The notes under the pieces were generated by a model. It had not been told where the DNA came from. It saw only the letters and a list, made by a program, of their open reading frames with translations, and made no database searches. From Candidatus Gastranaerophilales bacterium (GTDB lineage: Bacteria > Cyanobacteriota > Vampirovibrionia > Gastranaerophilales > Gastranaerophilaceae): 61,729 nucleotides of DNA. Positions 45,430 through 56,437 of this stretch are shown here, in pieces. The stretch is taken from positions 1-61,729 of the forward strand of contig CALVAZ010000022.1 in assembly GCA_944325675.1 (NCBI GenBank), given 5' to 3'. How positions within the stretch are numbered: the stretch's first letter is position 1; the number at the start of each line of letters is the position of its first letter. A program made the position numbers and the translations under genes.

Positions 45430-46989
45430 ATGATTAGTAAGATTAGTAGTGTAGACAATAGAAGAAATACCCCGAATCGGGATGCTCATGGAAGGCAGCC
45501 TTCATTTAAAGGTGTGGGCGATATGCTTTTGCGAGGGGTTCAAATGTGCGAAGAAATGCCGATGCTGAACGTTTCGGTTCTTGATTTGTCAACGGCTATT
45601 ATCCCTCGTACTATCATTGAAACGAAAGAATCTAATGGATATGCAGGTATGGAGGCATTTCGTCGTGAATCTTCAGGTTTAATAGTTAACTGCTTATTGC
45701 CTAGCTTTATAGTTATGGGTATGGCAGCTCTCTTGCAAAAATCAGGACTTGCTCAGGGCATTAAAGGTATGTCAAATGTCTGGGCAAATGAAGAGTCATT
45801 GAAGGTTGTACAAAAATACCTTCAAGATGCAAAAGGCAATGGCTCCGTAAAATTAGAAAATGCTATTACTGCATTTGTAAATGATTTAACAGGTATTGAC
45901 TGCTCTGCTAAAAAGGCGTTCAAAGATTTTGACCTTAAAGAAGGAATTAAATCAGTTGCAAAGTCTTCAAGGTTAAAAAATCCTAAAAAACTTTTGAATA
46001 AAGGTTATTTGGACATTGCAGGCAAAACCCATATGACAGAACATCTTGAACTGGATGGTAAGGTTCTTTCAAAAAATCTTAAGGGATATTTGGAAGATTT
46101 TGTCAAGGTTCAAAAAGCAGCTGTTAAAAATGGTGTAAAATCCTCTGAGGGATTTGCAAAATTTATTGAAAAAGCTGTTGGACTTGTAAACAAGAAAAGT
46201 GCAGCCGGTCTATTTGTTATATTGCCTCTTGCAATATCTATGCAACCTTTAAACAGATGGCTTACGGCAAGACATTCCGGCGTTAAGGGCGCTCCGATTT
46301 ATAAAGATTTTGCCAAAAATAATGATCATAGAGACTTGTCAAAAAATGAAAAAGCTGCATTATTGAAACAGAAACTTATCTCAGTAGGTTCAATGCTTGG
46401 TGTTATGTTCATGTCAATGGGATTTAAATTGCCAAGTAAGCAAATGCTTCAATTTAAAGGTATCTTCCCGACAATGGATCAGGCAAGGTTTATTTCCACT
46501 GCCACATTTGCAAGCCGCATGATGGCGTCTGAAGATAAAAACGAACTTAGAGAAGCAACTATACGCGATATAGCAACCTTCTCAAGTCTTTATTTCTTAG
46601 GTGATTATGCAGCAAAAGGTGTTGCGACTTTGATTGAAAAATTCAGACCGGATGTTAAACTTCTGAATAAGCTTAAGGATGCGCCTAAGGATGCAAATAT
46701 TGCTAAAAAATTCTGGCACTGGGTAAAAGATGTTAGCCTTAAATCATCAGATGAAGTTGTTGGCAAAACAGCTAAAAACTTCCGCTCAGTTTGTCAGTTA
46801 GGTAACCTAGCCTTCTCATTACTGGCGTTAGGTATATTTATCCCGCTTTACACCCGTACGCAAACTAACAAAAAGCGCGAAGCGGAACTTAGAAAACTCG
46901 CGGAGTCGGTTAACTCGACGGAAGGTTTTTTAAAGGACCAGATAAAAAATAATTCCCCCGCATTTAAATCTTTTTTTAGTTTACAATAG
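45430..46989 (+). CDS. Polytopic membrane protein, unknown family (paralog 1)
   Basis: About five hydrophobic segments and a Lys-rich ~150 aa soluble insert. Shares the PRTI, E..RRE.SG, QP.N..LT and DK.ELREAT..D blocks with the next gene. Confidence 0.6.
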   Translation: MISKISSVDNRRNTPNRDAHGRQPSFKGVGDMLLRGVQMCEEMPMLNVSVLDLSTAIIPRTIIETKESNGYAGMEAFRRESSGLIVNCLLPSFIVMGMAALLQKSGLAQGIKGMSNVWANEESLKVVQKYLQDAKGNGSVKLENAITAFVNDLTGIDCSAKKAFKDFDLKEGIKSVAKSSRLKNPKKLLNKGYLDIAGKTHMTEHLELDGKVLSKNLKGYLEDFVKVQKAAVKNGVKSSEGFAKFIEKAVGLVNKKSAAGLFVILPLAISMQPLNRWLTARHSGVKGAPIYKDFAKNNDHRDLSKNEKAALLKQKLISVGSMLGVMFMSMGFKLPSKQMLQFKGIFPTMDQARFISTATFASRMMASEDKNELREATIRDIATFSSLYFLGDYAAKGVATLIEKFRPDVKLLNKLKDAPKDANIAKKFWHWVKDVSLKSSDEVVGKTAKNFRSVCQLGNLAFSLLALGIFIPLYTRTQTNKKREAELRKLAESVNSTEGFLKDQIKNNSPAFKSFFSLQ

Positions 46990-46998
46990 GAATACATC

Positions 46999-48615
46999 AT
47001 GAAAGTACAACAAATTAGTAATCAACAATATATAAATAAGAAAAATAATAACTCACCTTCATTCAATGGTGCTGCGGATACGGCTGTTCAATTTTTAAGA
47101 TTTTTGGATACAAACCAAGCTTGGGGTGCTACTGCGGTTGATTTTTCCTGTATGGTAGCTCCAAGAACTATAACTGACTTTACAAGAGGACCGCAGGCAG
47201 GTATTGAAACAATGCGTCGTGAGGCAAGCGGTACTGTCAACCACGCAGCTGTTGGTCTTGTATATGGACCTTTGGCGGGTATGCTTCTTGCAACTGCTTT
47301 GAACAGTAAATATGGTATAAAAGCTCAAAAGATATTTGCTGACGCTGAAACTGTTGACATGTTCGCTAAACCTTGGCATGAAGTTGTACGTTCTGCAAAT
47401 CTTGAAGAAAGTGCTGTTAAAAATGGCTTATCAGATAATTTGTTAAAAGCATATACTGACAAGATTTCAGGTATGCTGCACAAAGTTGATAATGTTACAG
47501 GAAAAGATACTCTTACTGCTTTATCTGATGAAGCCAAGGGTAATTTCTCGGATGTTCTTTTAAAAGCTATTAAAAATCCTTCAAAAGAAAACAGAGCTAT
47601 GCTTAGAAATATAGTTCTGTCAGATTTTGGCAAAGAAAAAGGGTTGATATTGCTTCATGGCAACAAATCTGTTGTTGCTGATTTGGATGACATTGTTGCA
47701 AATTCTGTTTCCACATCAAAAGCATTGAATAATGAAGGCGTTATTAAGTCATTCATTAAGAGTGTTAAATTTGAAGATGTTAATTTTGTCAAATCTCTCA
47801 AAAAATTCGGTATGAACCGTTCTTTGCTTGGTTTGGGTATAGCATCTGCAATCGGATGTTGTATTCAGCCGTTTAACATTTACTTAACTAAAAAGAAAAC
47901 AGGCAGCGACGGTTTTGTTGGTGTTGAGGGCCGTACAAAAGACAATTCAGGTAAATTCAAAGCTCTCAAAACTGGTGTGGCAGCTGCGTTTGGAACAGGT
48001 GTTTATTCACTTATTACTAACGGTTCAATGAAGGGTGCTGACTTCCTTAAAAATATTCAATATAAGGGTATTACACCGACATTGAATCAGTTTAAGCTTG
48101 TTTACGGTTTGACTATTATGTCAAGATTTTTGGCTGCAAGAGATAAGGATGAGTTACGTGAAGCTACTGTTAAGGATACATTAGGGTATTTGAGCTGGCT
48201 TGTGTTTGGTAATTTTGTTTCAAAGGGTACTTTGAAGTTACTTGATAAAAATTTAGTCGGTAAAACTCGTGATGAAATCTTGTATGCAGCCTTGAAAAAA
48301 GCTAAAATAGCTACTGTTGAAAATGGCAAGGCTCTTTCATTCAAAGAATTATTGAAAAAGCTTCCTAAAACCGATAAAGTGGCAAGAAAAAGCTTACGCT
48401 TTATGAATTTGGCTCAGCTTGCAGGTTACGCTTTCTCAGGAATAGTTTTGGGTGTAGGTATTCCAAAATTGAATATTTATATGACCAAAAAGAGTGAACA
48501 AAAACGTGCAGTTTTAAGAGCAATGAATCCTGAAAATATGATGCTTAAGCCTGAAAACATTGCTTTTTTAAGCAGTCAGATGAATTTCACATCAAATAAG
48601 CTTTTGAATAAGTAG
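46999..48615 (+). CDS. Polytopic membrane protein, unknown family (paralog 2)
   Basis: Collinear similarity to 45430..46989 (VAPRTI, ETMRREASG, IQPFNIYLT, ARDKDELREATVKD); 9-nt intergenic spacer. Confidence 0.6.
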   Translation: MKVQQISNQQYINKKNNNSPSFNGAADTAVQFLRFLDTNQAWGATAVDFSCMVAPRTITDFTRGPQAGIETMRREASGTVNHAAVGLVYGPLAGMLLATALNSKYGIKAQKIFADAETVDMFAKPWHEVVRSANLEESAVKNGLSDNLLKAYTDKISGMLHKVDNVTGKDTLTALSDEAKGNFSDVLLKAIKNPSKENRAMLRNIVLSDFGKEKGLILLHGNKSVVADLDDIVANSVSTSKALNNEGVIKSFIKSVKFEDVNFVKSLKKFGMNRSLLGLGIASAIGCCIQPFNIYLTKKKTGSDGFVGVEGRTKDNSGKFKALKTGVAAAFGTGVYSLITNGSMKGADFLKNIQYKGITPTLNQFKLVYGLTIMSRFLAARDKDELREATVKDTLGYLSWLVFGNFVSKGTLKLLDKNLVGKTRDEILYAALKKAKIATVENGKALSFKELLKKLPKTDKVARKSLRFMNLAQLAGYAFSGIVLGVGIPKLNIYMTKKSEQKRAVLRAMNPENMMLKPENIAFLSSQMNFTSNKLLNK

Positions 48616-48616
48616 T

Positions 48617-49534
48617 TTATCCTTGAGCATTTGCGCCTGAAACAACTTCGATGATTTCTTGCGTAATTGCAAATTGTCTTGTCTTGTTGTATTGGATAGA
48701 AAGTTCGTTGAGCATTTTTTCAGCATTAGATGTCGCAGCAGACATAGCTGTCATTCTTGATGCGAGTTCGGAGGCTTGTGCCTCTAATAATGCTTGATAA
48801 ATTATGTTTGTTATGTACAAGGGAACCACTTTTTGCAGAATGGTTTGTTTATCAGGCTCAAATTCCATTAAAGGATCAATGGTATTGTGTTCCTCCATTT
48901 CAGGCTTTTGAACCGGTAATACAACCCAGTCTTCTGTATAGTAGCTCATCATGTTTTTAAATCGGGTAGTTACAATTTCTATTTGGTCAATTTTTTCTTC
49001 GACAAAATATTTTGCGATATCTTCTGTGATAATGTTAGCGCCAGCAGGTGTAGGGTCATTTGCTACGTTGTAGTATTCGCCTACAATTTCACAATTAAGG
49101 TTTTTGCATTTTTTTCTTAATACAGAAATTCCTTTTTGTCCTACAATAAAAAGTTTGCTTTTTATACCTTTTTCTGCATAGTCCTCAATTATTTTGAGTG
49201 TTTTTCTTATAATGTTAGCGTTATAAGCACCCGCCAAACCTTTATTAGAGGTAATTACCAGAATACCTGCTTCATCAACCGGTCTGGTTTTTAAAAGACA
49301 TGGGTAATTATCGACGGCGCTTTTTACCTTTATATTACAATCGTCAATATTGCCTATGGAATTTAAAAGTTTAGAAAACATTGCGTTTAATTCTGCGGTA
49401 AAAGGGCGTGAAGCTTTTACTGCATTTTCAGCACGTTTTACCTTTGCTGCGGCAACCATTTTCATGGCACGTGTTATTTTCTTTGTGCTTTCTACACTCT
49501 GTATTCTGTTTTTTATATCTTTTAAATTTGCCAT
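48617..49534 (-). CDS. atpG: ATP synthase F1 gamma subunit
   Basis: MANLKDIKNRI.SV..T.KIT.AMKMVAAAK N-terminus and ELA.RM.AM..AT.NA...L C-terminus. Confidence 0.95.
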   Translation of the reverse strand: MANLKDIKNRIQSVESTKKITRAMKMVAAAKVKRAENAVKASRPFTAELNAMFSKLLNSIGNIDDCNIKVKSAVDNYPCLLKTRPVDEAGILVITSNKGLAGAYNANIIRKTLKIIEDYAEKGIKSKLFIVGQKGISVLRKKCKNLNCEIVGEYYNVANDPTPAGANIITEDIAKYFVEEKIDQIEIVTTRFKNMMSYYTEDWVVLPVQKPEMEEHNTIDPLMEFEPDKQTILQKVVPLYITNIIYQALLEAQASELASRMTAMSAATSNAEKMLNELSIQYNKTRQFAITQEIIEVVSGANAQG

Positions 49535-49546
49535 TATTTTACCTTA

Positions 49547-51614
<2,068 letters not shown>

Positions 51615-51617
51615 AAT

Positions 51618-52115
51618 TTATCCTAATTCTTCAATACTTTGGGTGATATATTTTTCGTGCAGTTCAGGATGAGCTTTTAAAACATTTTTTATGTGTTCCT
51701 TTGCAAGCTCTGATGATGCACGTGCGGTTTTTTTAGAAAGTGCCGCTGATAACATCTTTTCTTCTGATTGTATTGCTGTTTCAACACTTGTTTTTATTTT
51801 TTGAATTCTGCTCTCTGTGGTTGATTTGATATTCTGAGCTAATGTTTCAGCTTTATTTTCAGCGTCTTGAATTTTTATTTGTATTTCATCCTCAAGACTT
51901 TCTATTGATTTTTTTGTGTTTAATAGTTCCTTTTCAGCATTTATTTTTTCTTGTTCCGAATGAGCTATTGAATTTTTGATGTTTAACTTAGCGTTTTCAA
52001 GTTTATTTATTAAATCTGTTTTTTTGAAAATCCAAGCCAAAATAAGCACCATTACAACAAAGTTGAAAAAATTACTTGTTATGATTGTATTCCAAATTTG
52101 AGCAACTGTATTCAT
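51618..52115 (-). CDS. atpF: ATP synthase Fo subunit b
   Basis: Single N-terminal TM segment plus a long charged helix; position in the operon. Confidence 0.8.
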   Translation of the reverse strand: MNTVAQIWNTIITSNFFNFVVMVLILAWIFKKTDLINKLENAKLNIKNSIAHSEQEKINAEKELLNTKKSIESLEDEIQIKIQDAENKAETLAQNIKSTTESRIQKIKTSVETAIQSEEKMLSAALSKKTARASSELAKEHIKNVLKAHPELHEKYITQSIEELG

Positions 52116-52582
52116 TTTAGCTCCCTGTTTATTAGTTCATCATTGATTGTATCGATGGCTATTGTTTCACCGAGTACTTTTGCCGAAATACTTTCTGCCA
52201 AATCTACTACATTTGTTTTTAAAATTTCTTTAGTTCTATTTGCTTCATCTTTGAGATTTTCTTTAGCAGAATTTATATCGGATAACGATTTAGCTTTTGC
52301 TTCTTCCGCAAGTTTTGCAGCGTTTTCATTCTCTGTTTGAACTCTCTCTGCAATCAGCTGTTTTGATTTCAAAGCCGCATCATTCAATCTTTTTTCTTTG
52401 TCATCTAAAATATTTTTTATTTTACTTTTTGAATCCAACGCAGCCTTATTATTACCGTCTATGTAGGCTTCTCTTTCGTTAACGATAGACAGTATAGGCT
52501 TGTATAATATCTTGTTCATAATGATAATGAACAAAACAAAACTCACCATTGCTATTAAAAATGTTGCGTTAAATTCAAACAT
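52112..52582 (-). CDS. ATP synthase Fo subunit b' (second b-type subunit)
   Basis: A second b-like protein (N-terminal TM segment, coiled charged helix) immediately upstream of b, with an ATGA overlap. This arrangement is typical of cyanobacteria and chloroplasts. Confidence 0.75.
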   Translation of the reverse strand: MFEFNATFLIAMVSFVLFIIIMNKILYKPILSIVNEREAYIDGNNKAALDSKSKIKNILDDKEKRLNDAALKSKQLIAERVQTENENAAKLAEEAKAKSLSDINSAKENLKDEANRTKEILKTNVVDLAESISAKVLGETIAIDTINDELINRELK

Positions 52583-52600
52583 AATAAAGTCCTGCCGGTA

Positions 52601-52846
52601 TTATTTGACAAAGATTAACAATAAAGCTACCAACAAACCGTAAATAGCGGTTGCTTCTGCAAGACCTGCACCGATAATGAAGTTTTTGAAAGCCTCGTCT
52701 TTAATTTCCGGTTGTCTGGCAATAGCATCAAGAACACCTTTTGTTGCTATACCCAAACCAAGACCTCCGCCGATAGCACCAAACCCGATTGCTATACCGG
52801 CACCTAACTTTGCTAAATCCAAACTTGCTAATTGTTCAATTGCCAT
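52601..52846 (-). CDS. atpE: ATP synthase Fo subunit c
   Basis: Hairpin with a Gly-rich helix 1, an ARQPE loop, and the carboxylate in GLAEATAIYGL. Confidence 0.9.
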   Translation of the reverse strand: MAIEQLASLDLAKLGAGIAIGFGAIGGGLGLGIATKGVLDAIARQPEIKDEAFKNFIIGAGLAEATAIYGLLVALLLIFVK

Positions 52847-52864
52847 AATTTTTCTCCTTATAAA

Positions 52865-53554
52865 TTATTCTTCATTTATTGCCATAGATATGTATGTTGT
52901 TGATAAAAGCGTAAATACCAATGCCTGAATAAATGCTACAAAAAGCTCAAACAGCATAAACGGCAGCGGTGCAAAATACGCCAAAAGTCCTACGATAGTA
53001 AACACCAAAACTTCTCCCGCAAATATGTTTGCAAAAAGTCGCAGAGCAAGTGAAAATGGTCTTACAAAAAGCTCTAACGTATCGACGAAGGTTATAATAA
53101 GTCCGTCAACACTGAATCCATGGAAGAAAAAGTGGAAGCCCTTCTTCTTTACTCCGTAGTATATATAATATAATGACACGACAATTGCCATTGCAGCAGT
53201 CATGTTAATATCATTATTTGGTGAAGCTAATTCACCTGTTTTTAAGTGAACCAAGTGCCATGGTAATTGCCCCACTAAATTTGCAGTCAAGATAAACATA
53301 AAAAGGGTAAGTATCAAAGGCAAATGTTTCTTGGATTCGCTTTCGCCCATGCTGCCTTTTGCGATGCCTGCAAAATAGTTTACAATACCTTCCATGGTAA
53401 GCTGGAGCTTAGACGGCACAATGGATGTTTTTCTTGTTGTAATGAATGCAATTACAATTAACAAAAACATGGAAATCCACATGGTTATTAATGTATCCAT
53501 ATTCACAGAAACAGGATGATTTAAAACGTTAAATGTATAAACCCAATGTTCCAT
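52865..53554 (-). CDS. atpB: ATP synthase Fo subunit a
   Basis: Essential Arg in SLALRLFANIFAGE; five or six TM segments. Confidence 0.9.
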   Translation of the reverse strand: MEHWVYTFNVLNHPVSVNMDTLITMWISMFLLIVIAFITTRKTSIVPSKLQLTMEGIVNYFAGIAKGSMGESESKKHLPLILTLFMFILTANLVGQLPWHLVHLKTGELASPNNDINMTAAMAIVVSLYYIYYGVKKKGFHFFFHGFSVDGLIITFVDTLELFVRPFSLALRLFANIFAGEVLVFTIVGLLAYFAPLPFMLFELFVAFIQALVFTLLSTTYISMAINEE

Positions 53555-53657
53555 TTTGCTCCCCTTCGAGTTTATTTTAACTCAATAAAAAAAAAATCGC
53601 AAATATTTTCTGTTTGTTATAAAATTATTATATATGTAAAAATTTTTAGAGGGAGAT

Positions 53658-54380
53658 ATGCGAGTTATTACTCTGGAAGAAGTTGATTCTACTAATTTAT
53701 ATGCAAAAAATAATTTGCATGTGCTTGAAGATAGAACAATTATCCATGCTCAAAGACAAACCTCAGGACGCGGTCGCTTGACGCGTAAATGGATTGATTT
53801 TGGGCCGGGAAATCTTTTTGCTTCCTTTGTTTTGAAACCTTCCTCTGATTTTGATGAAAAATATTCAAATCTTACACAGTATTTGTCCGTTGTACTTGCA
53901 AGAGTTTTGGAAAAATACGGATTGGAGCCTAAAATCAAATGGCCTAATGATGTTTTGATTAACGGTAAAAAAATTGCTGGTATTCTATCTGAAACTGTTA
54001 TGCAGGGGGCTAACTTTAAGGGCTTAGTTTTAGGTATCGGAGTTAACTTAAATGCAACGGCGGATGAGGTGAAATTGGTTGAAGATAAGCCTGTAACGGC
54101 TTTAAATCTTGAAATCGGTGAGGTCGTGGATTCTGATGAGTTTTTAAAAGAATTAGCTGATGAATTTTTTGCAAATTATGATGAATTTTTGCAGAAAGGA
54201 TTTGAATTTATAAAGTCTGATTACATATCAAGAGCTTCATTTTTAGATACAGAAGTTTGCGTTCAAGGATTTAACAGCACACAAAGCGGAATTGCCAAGG
54301 GCGTAACCGACTTGGGTGAATTGGTTCTTGAAAGAGAAAATAAACAGTTTGTACTTACGATAGGAGATATATTATGCTAG
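53658..54380 (+). CDS. birA: Biotin--[acetyl-CoA-carboxylase] ligase (group I, no HTH domain)
   Basis: QTSGRGRLTRKW, KWPNDVLINGKKIAGIL, GIGVN. GAGGGAG RBS. Confidence 0.85.
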   Translation: MRVITLEEVDSTNLYAKNNLHVLEDRTIIHAQRQTSGRGRLTRKWIDFGPGNLFASFVLKPSSDFDEKYSNLTQYLSVVLARVLEKYGLEPKIKWPNDVLINGKKIAGILSETVMQGANFKGLVLGIGVNLNATADEVKLVEDKPVTALNLEIGEVVDSDEFLKELADEFFANYDEFLQKGFEFIKSDYISRASFLDTEVCVQGFNSTQSGIAKGVTDLGELVLERENKQFVLTIGDILC

Positions 54381-54604
54381 AAACACTATTAGGCGAAGGC
54401 ATTATGATTATGCTCATTGGCATATCTTTCGTTATGGCCTTCTTATGTATTCTGGTTTTATCCATGGGAATTATGTCAAAAGTCGTTGGATATTTGAATA
54501 AATTGTTCCCTGAACAAGTTTATGTTATGGAAAAACCATCTAAAAAAGCTTCCGATGATGAAGCAATTGCAGTAGCACTTGCGGTTATTAAGGCAAGAGC
54601 GTAG
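54374..54604 (+). CDS. oadG: Na+-translocating decarboxylase gamma subunit (OadG-like)
   Basis: 76 aa with a single N-terminal TM segment, directly before oadA/oadB. Confidence 0.6.
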   Translation: MLETLLGEGIMIMLIGISFVMAFLCILVLSMGIMSKVVGYLNKLFPEQVYVMEKPSKKASDDEAIAVALAVIKARA

Positions 54605-54634
54605 TTAAATTTTTTATGAAAGGAAATATAGATT

Positions 54635-56419
54635 ATGGGAAAGAAACTTATTAAAGTTATGGATACCTCATTCAGAGACGGTTTTCAATCCGTTTATGGT
54701 GCAAGAGTATTCGTAGATGATTTTATCCCTGCCTTACAATCAGCTGTTGCGGCAGGTATTAATCACTTTGAAGTTGCAGGCGGTGCCAGATTCCAATCAC
54801 CGATTTTCTACTGCAATGAAAATGCATTTGAAACAATGGACAAAATCAGGGCTGCTGTTGGTCCTGATGTTAACTTACAATCATTAGCACGTGGTGTTAA
54901 CGTTGTGGGTTTGGATTCTCAGCCGAGAGATATCATCAATTTACACGCTAAAATGTTTAAAAAGCACGGTGTGACTACTGTTAGAAACTTTGATGCTTTG
55001 AACGATGTTAACAACTTGATTTATTCAGGTCAATGTATCAAAGATAATGGTTTGAAACATGAAGTCACAATTACAATGATGGAATTGCCTATCGGTTGTA
55101 AGGGTGCTCATGATGTTGATTTTTACGAAAGAGTTTTGAGAAGTATACTTGATGCTGGTATTCCGTTTGATTCATTGGCATTTAAAGATGCTTCAGGTAC
55201 ATCATCACCAAGAAAAGTTTACGAAACTGTAAAACGTACAAGAGAAATTTTGGGTGAAGATATGCATATCAGATTCCACTCTCACGAAACAGCCGGTACA
55301 GGCTTAGCTGCATATTTGGCAGCCCTTGACGGTGGTGCTGACGGTATTGACTTATCTATGAAACCTGTTTCAGGCGGTACAGCTCAACCTGATATCGTTT
55401 CAATGTGGCACGCTTTAAAAGGTACAGAATACGACTTGGGTATTGATATTGAAAAAATTCTTGAAACAGAAGAAGTATTTAAGGATTGCATGAAGGATTA
55501 CTTCTTGCCACCTGAAGCATTGGCAGTTAACCCTATGATTATTCAATCACCACTTCCTGGCGGTGCTTTGACTGCAAATACACAAATGCTTAGAGATAAC
55601 GGCATTATGGATAAATATCCTGAAATCGTTGCAGCAATGAAAGAAGTTGTTGAAAAAGGCGGTTTCGGAACTTCTGTAACTCCTGTTTCTCAATTCTATT
55701 TCCAACAAGCATTCAATAACGTTATGTTTGGCAAATGGAAGAAGATTGCTGAAGGTTACGGTAAAATGGTTCTCGGATATTTCGGTAAAACTCCATGTGA
55801 ACCGGATGCTGAAGTTGTTAAACTTGCAGGTGAACAGCTAAATCTTCAACCTACAACCGAAAAAGTTGTCGATATTAACGACAAAGATCCTAACAAGGGT
55901 ATTGAAGCTGCAAGAAAAATGCTTAAAGATGCTAACTTGGAAGAAACTGAAGAAAACATCTTTATTGCAGCTGCTTGTAAGGAAAAAGGCATATTGTTCC
56001 TTCAAGGTAAAGGTACAATCGGTGTTAGAAAAAATGAACAAAAAGCCTCTGAAGCTGAAGGTTCTTCAAATGCTTACACAGTAACAGTTAACGGCAAGAA
56101 ATATGCTGTTGCATTAGAAGGTGAAAAAGCTACCGTAAACGGCAAACTTTACGACTTTAGCATTAAAGCAGGTATTGAAGCTAAGCAAGCTGTTGGCGGC
56201 GAAGGTACTCCTGTTAAGGCTGCACTTCCGGGTACTGTATTAAAAGTATTGGTCGAAGAAGGTGACAGCATTGCTGAGGGCGATGTTCTTGCTGTTATTG
56301 AAGCAATGAAAATGGAAACAGAAATCAAATCACCTGTTGGTGGTACTGTTCAGTCTGTTGAAATTGAAGTTGGTAACCATGTTCAAACCGGTCAAGTTTT
56401 GGTAACGGTTGCATCATAG
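54635..56419 (+). CDS. oadA: Oxaloacetate decarboxylase alpha subunit (carboxyltransferase + biotinyl domain)
   Basis: MDTSFRDGFQS, HSHETAGTG and the C-terminal biotin attachment motif EAMKMETEI. Confidence 0.9.
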   Translation: MGKKLIKVMDTSFRDGFQSVYGARVFVDDFIPALQSAVAAGINHFEVAGGARFQSPIFYCNENAFETMDKIRAAVGPDVNLQSLARGVNVVGLDSQPRDIINLHAKMFKKHGVTTVRNFDALNDVNNLIYSGQCIKDNGLKHEVTITMMELPIGCKGAHDVDFYERVLRSILDAGIPFDSLAFKDASGTSSPRKVYETVKRTREILGEDMHIRFHSHETAGTGLAAYLAALDGGADGIDLSMKPVSGGTAQPDIVSMWHALKGTEYDLGIDIEKILETEEVFKDCMKDYFLPPEALAVNPMIIQSPLPGGALTANTQMLRDNGIMDKYPEIVAAMKEVVEKGGFGTSVTPVSQFYFQQAFNNVMFGKWKKIAEGYGKMVLGYFGKTPCEPDAEVVKLAGEQLNLQPTTEKVVDINDKDPNKGIEAARKMLKDANLEETEENIFIAAACKEKGILFLQGKGTIGVRKNEQKASEAEGSSNAYTVTVNGKKYAVALEGEKATVNGKLYDFSIKAGIEAKQAVGGEGTPVKAALPGTVLKVLVEEGDSIAEGDVLAVIEAMKMETEIKSPVGGTVQSVEIEVGNHVQTGQVLVTVAS

Positions 56420-56437
56420 TAGAAAAGGAATAGAAAA

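Noticed and set aside
52601-52846. Whether the c subunit forms a Na+-binding c-ring, matching the adjacent Na+-pumping decarboxylase.
   Set aside because: Aligned by hand to the Ilyobacter tartaricus c subunit, the Gln32 position is Leu and the Ser66 position is Ala; only Glu, Thr and Tyr are retained. This looks H+-type. It is kept only as context in the ATP synthase and oad findings.
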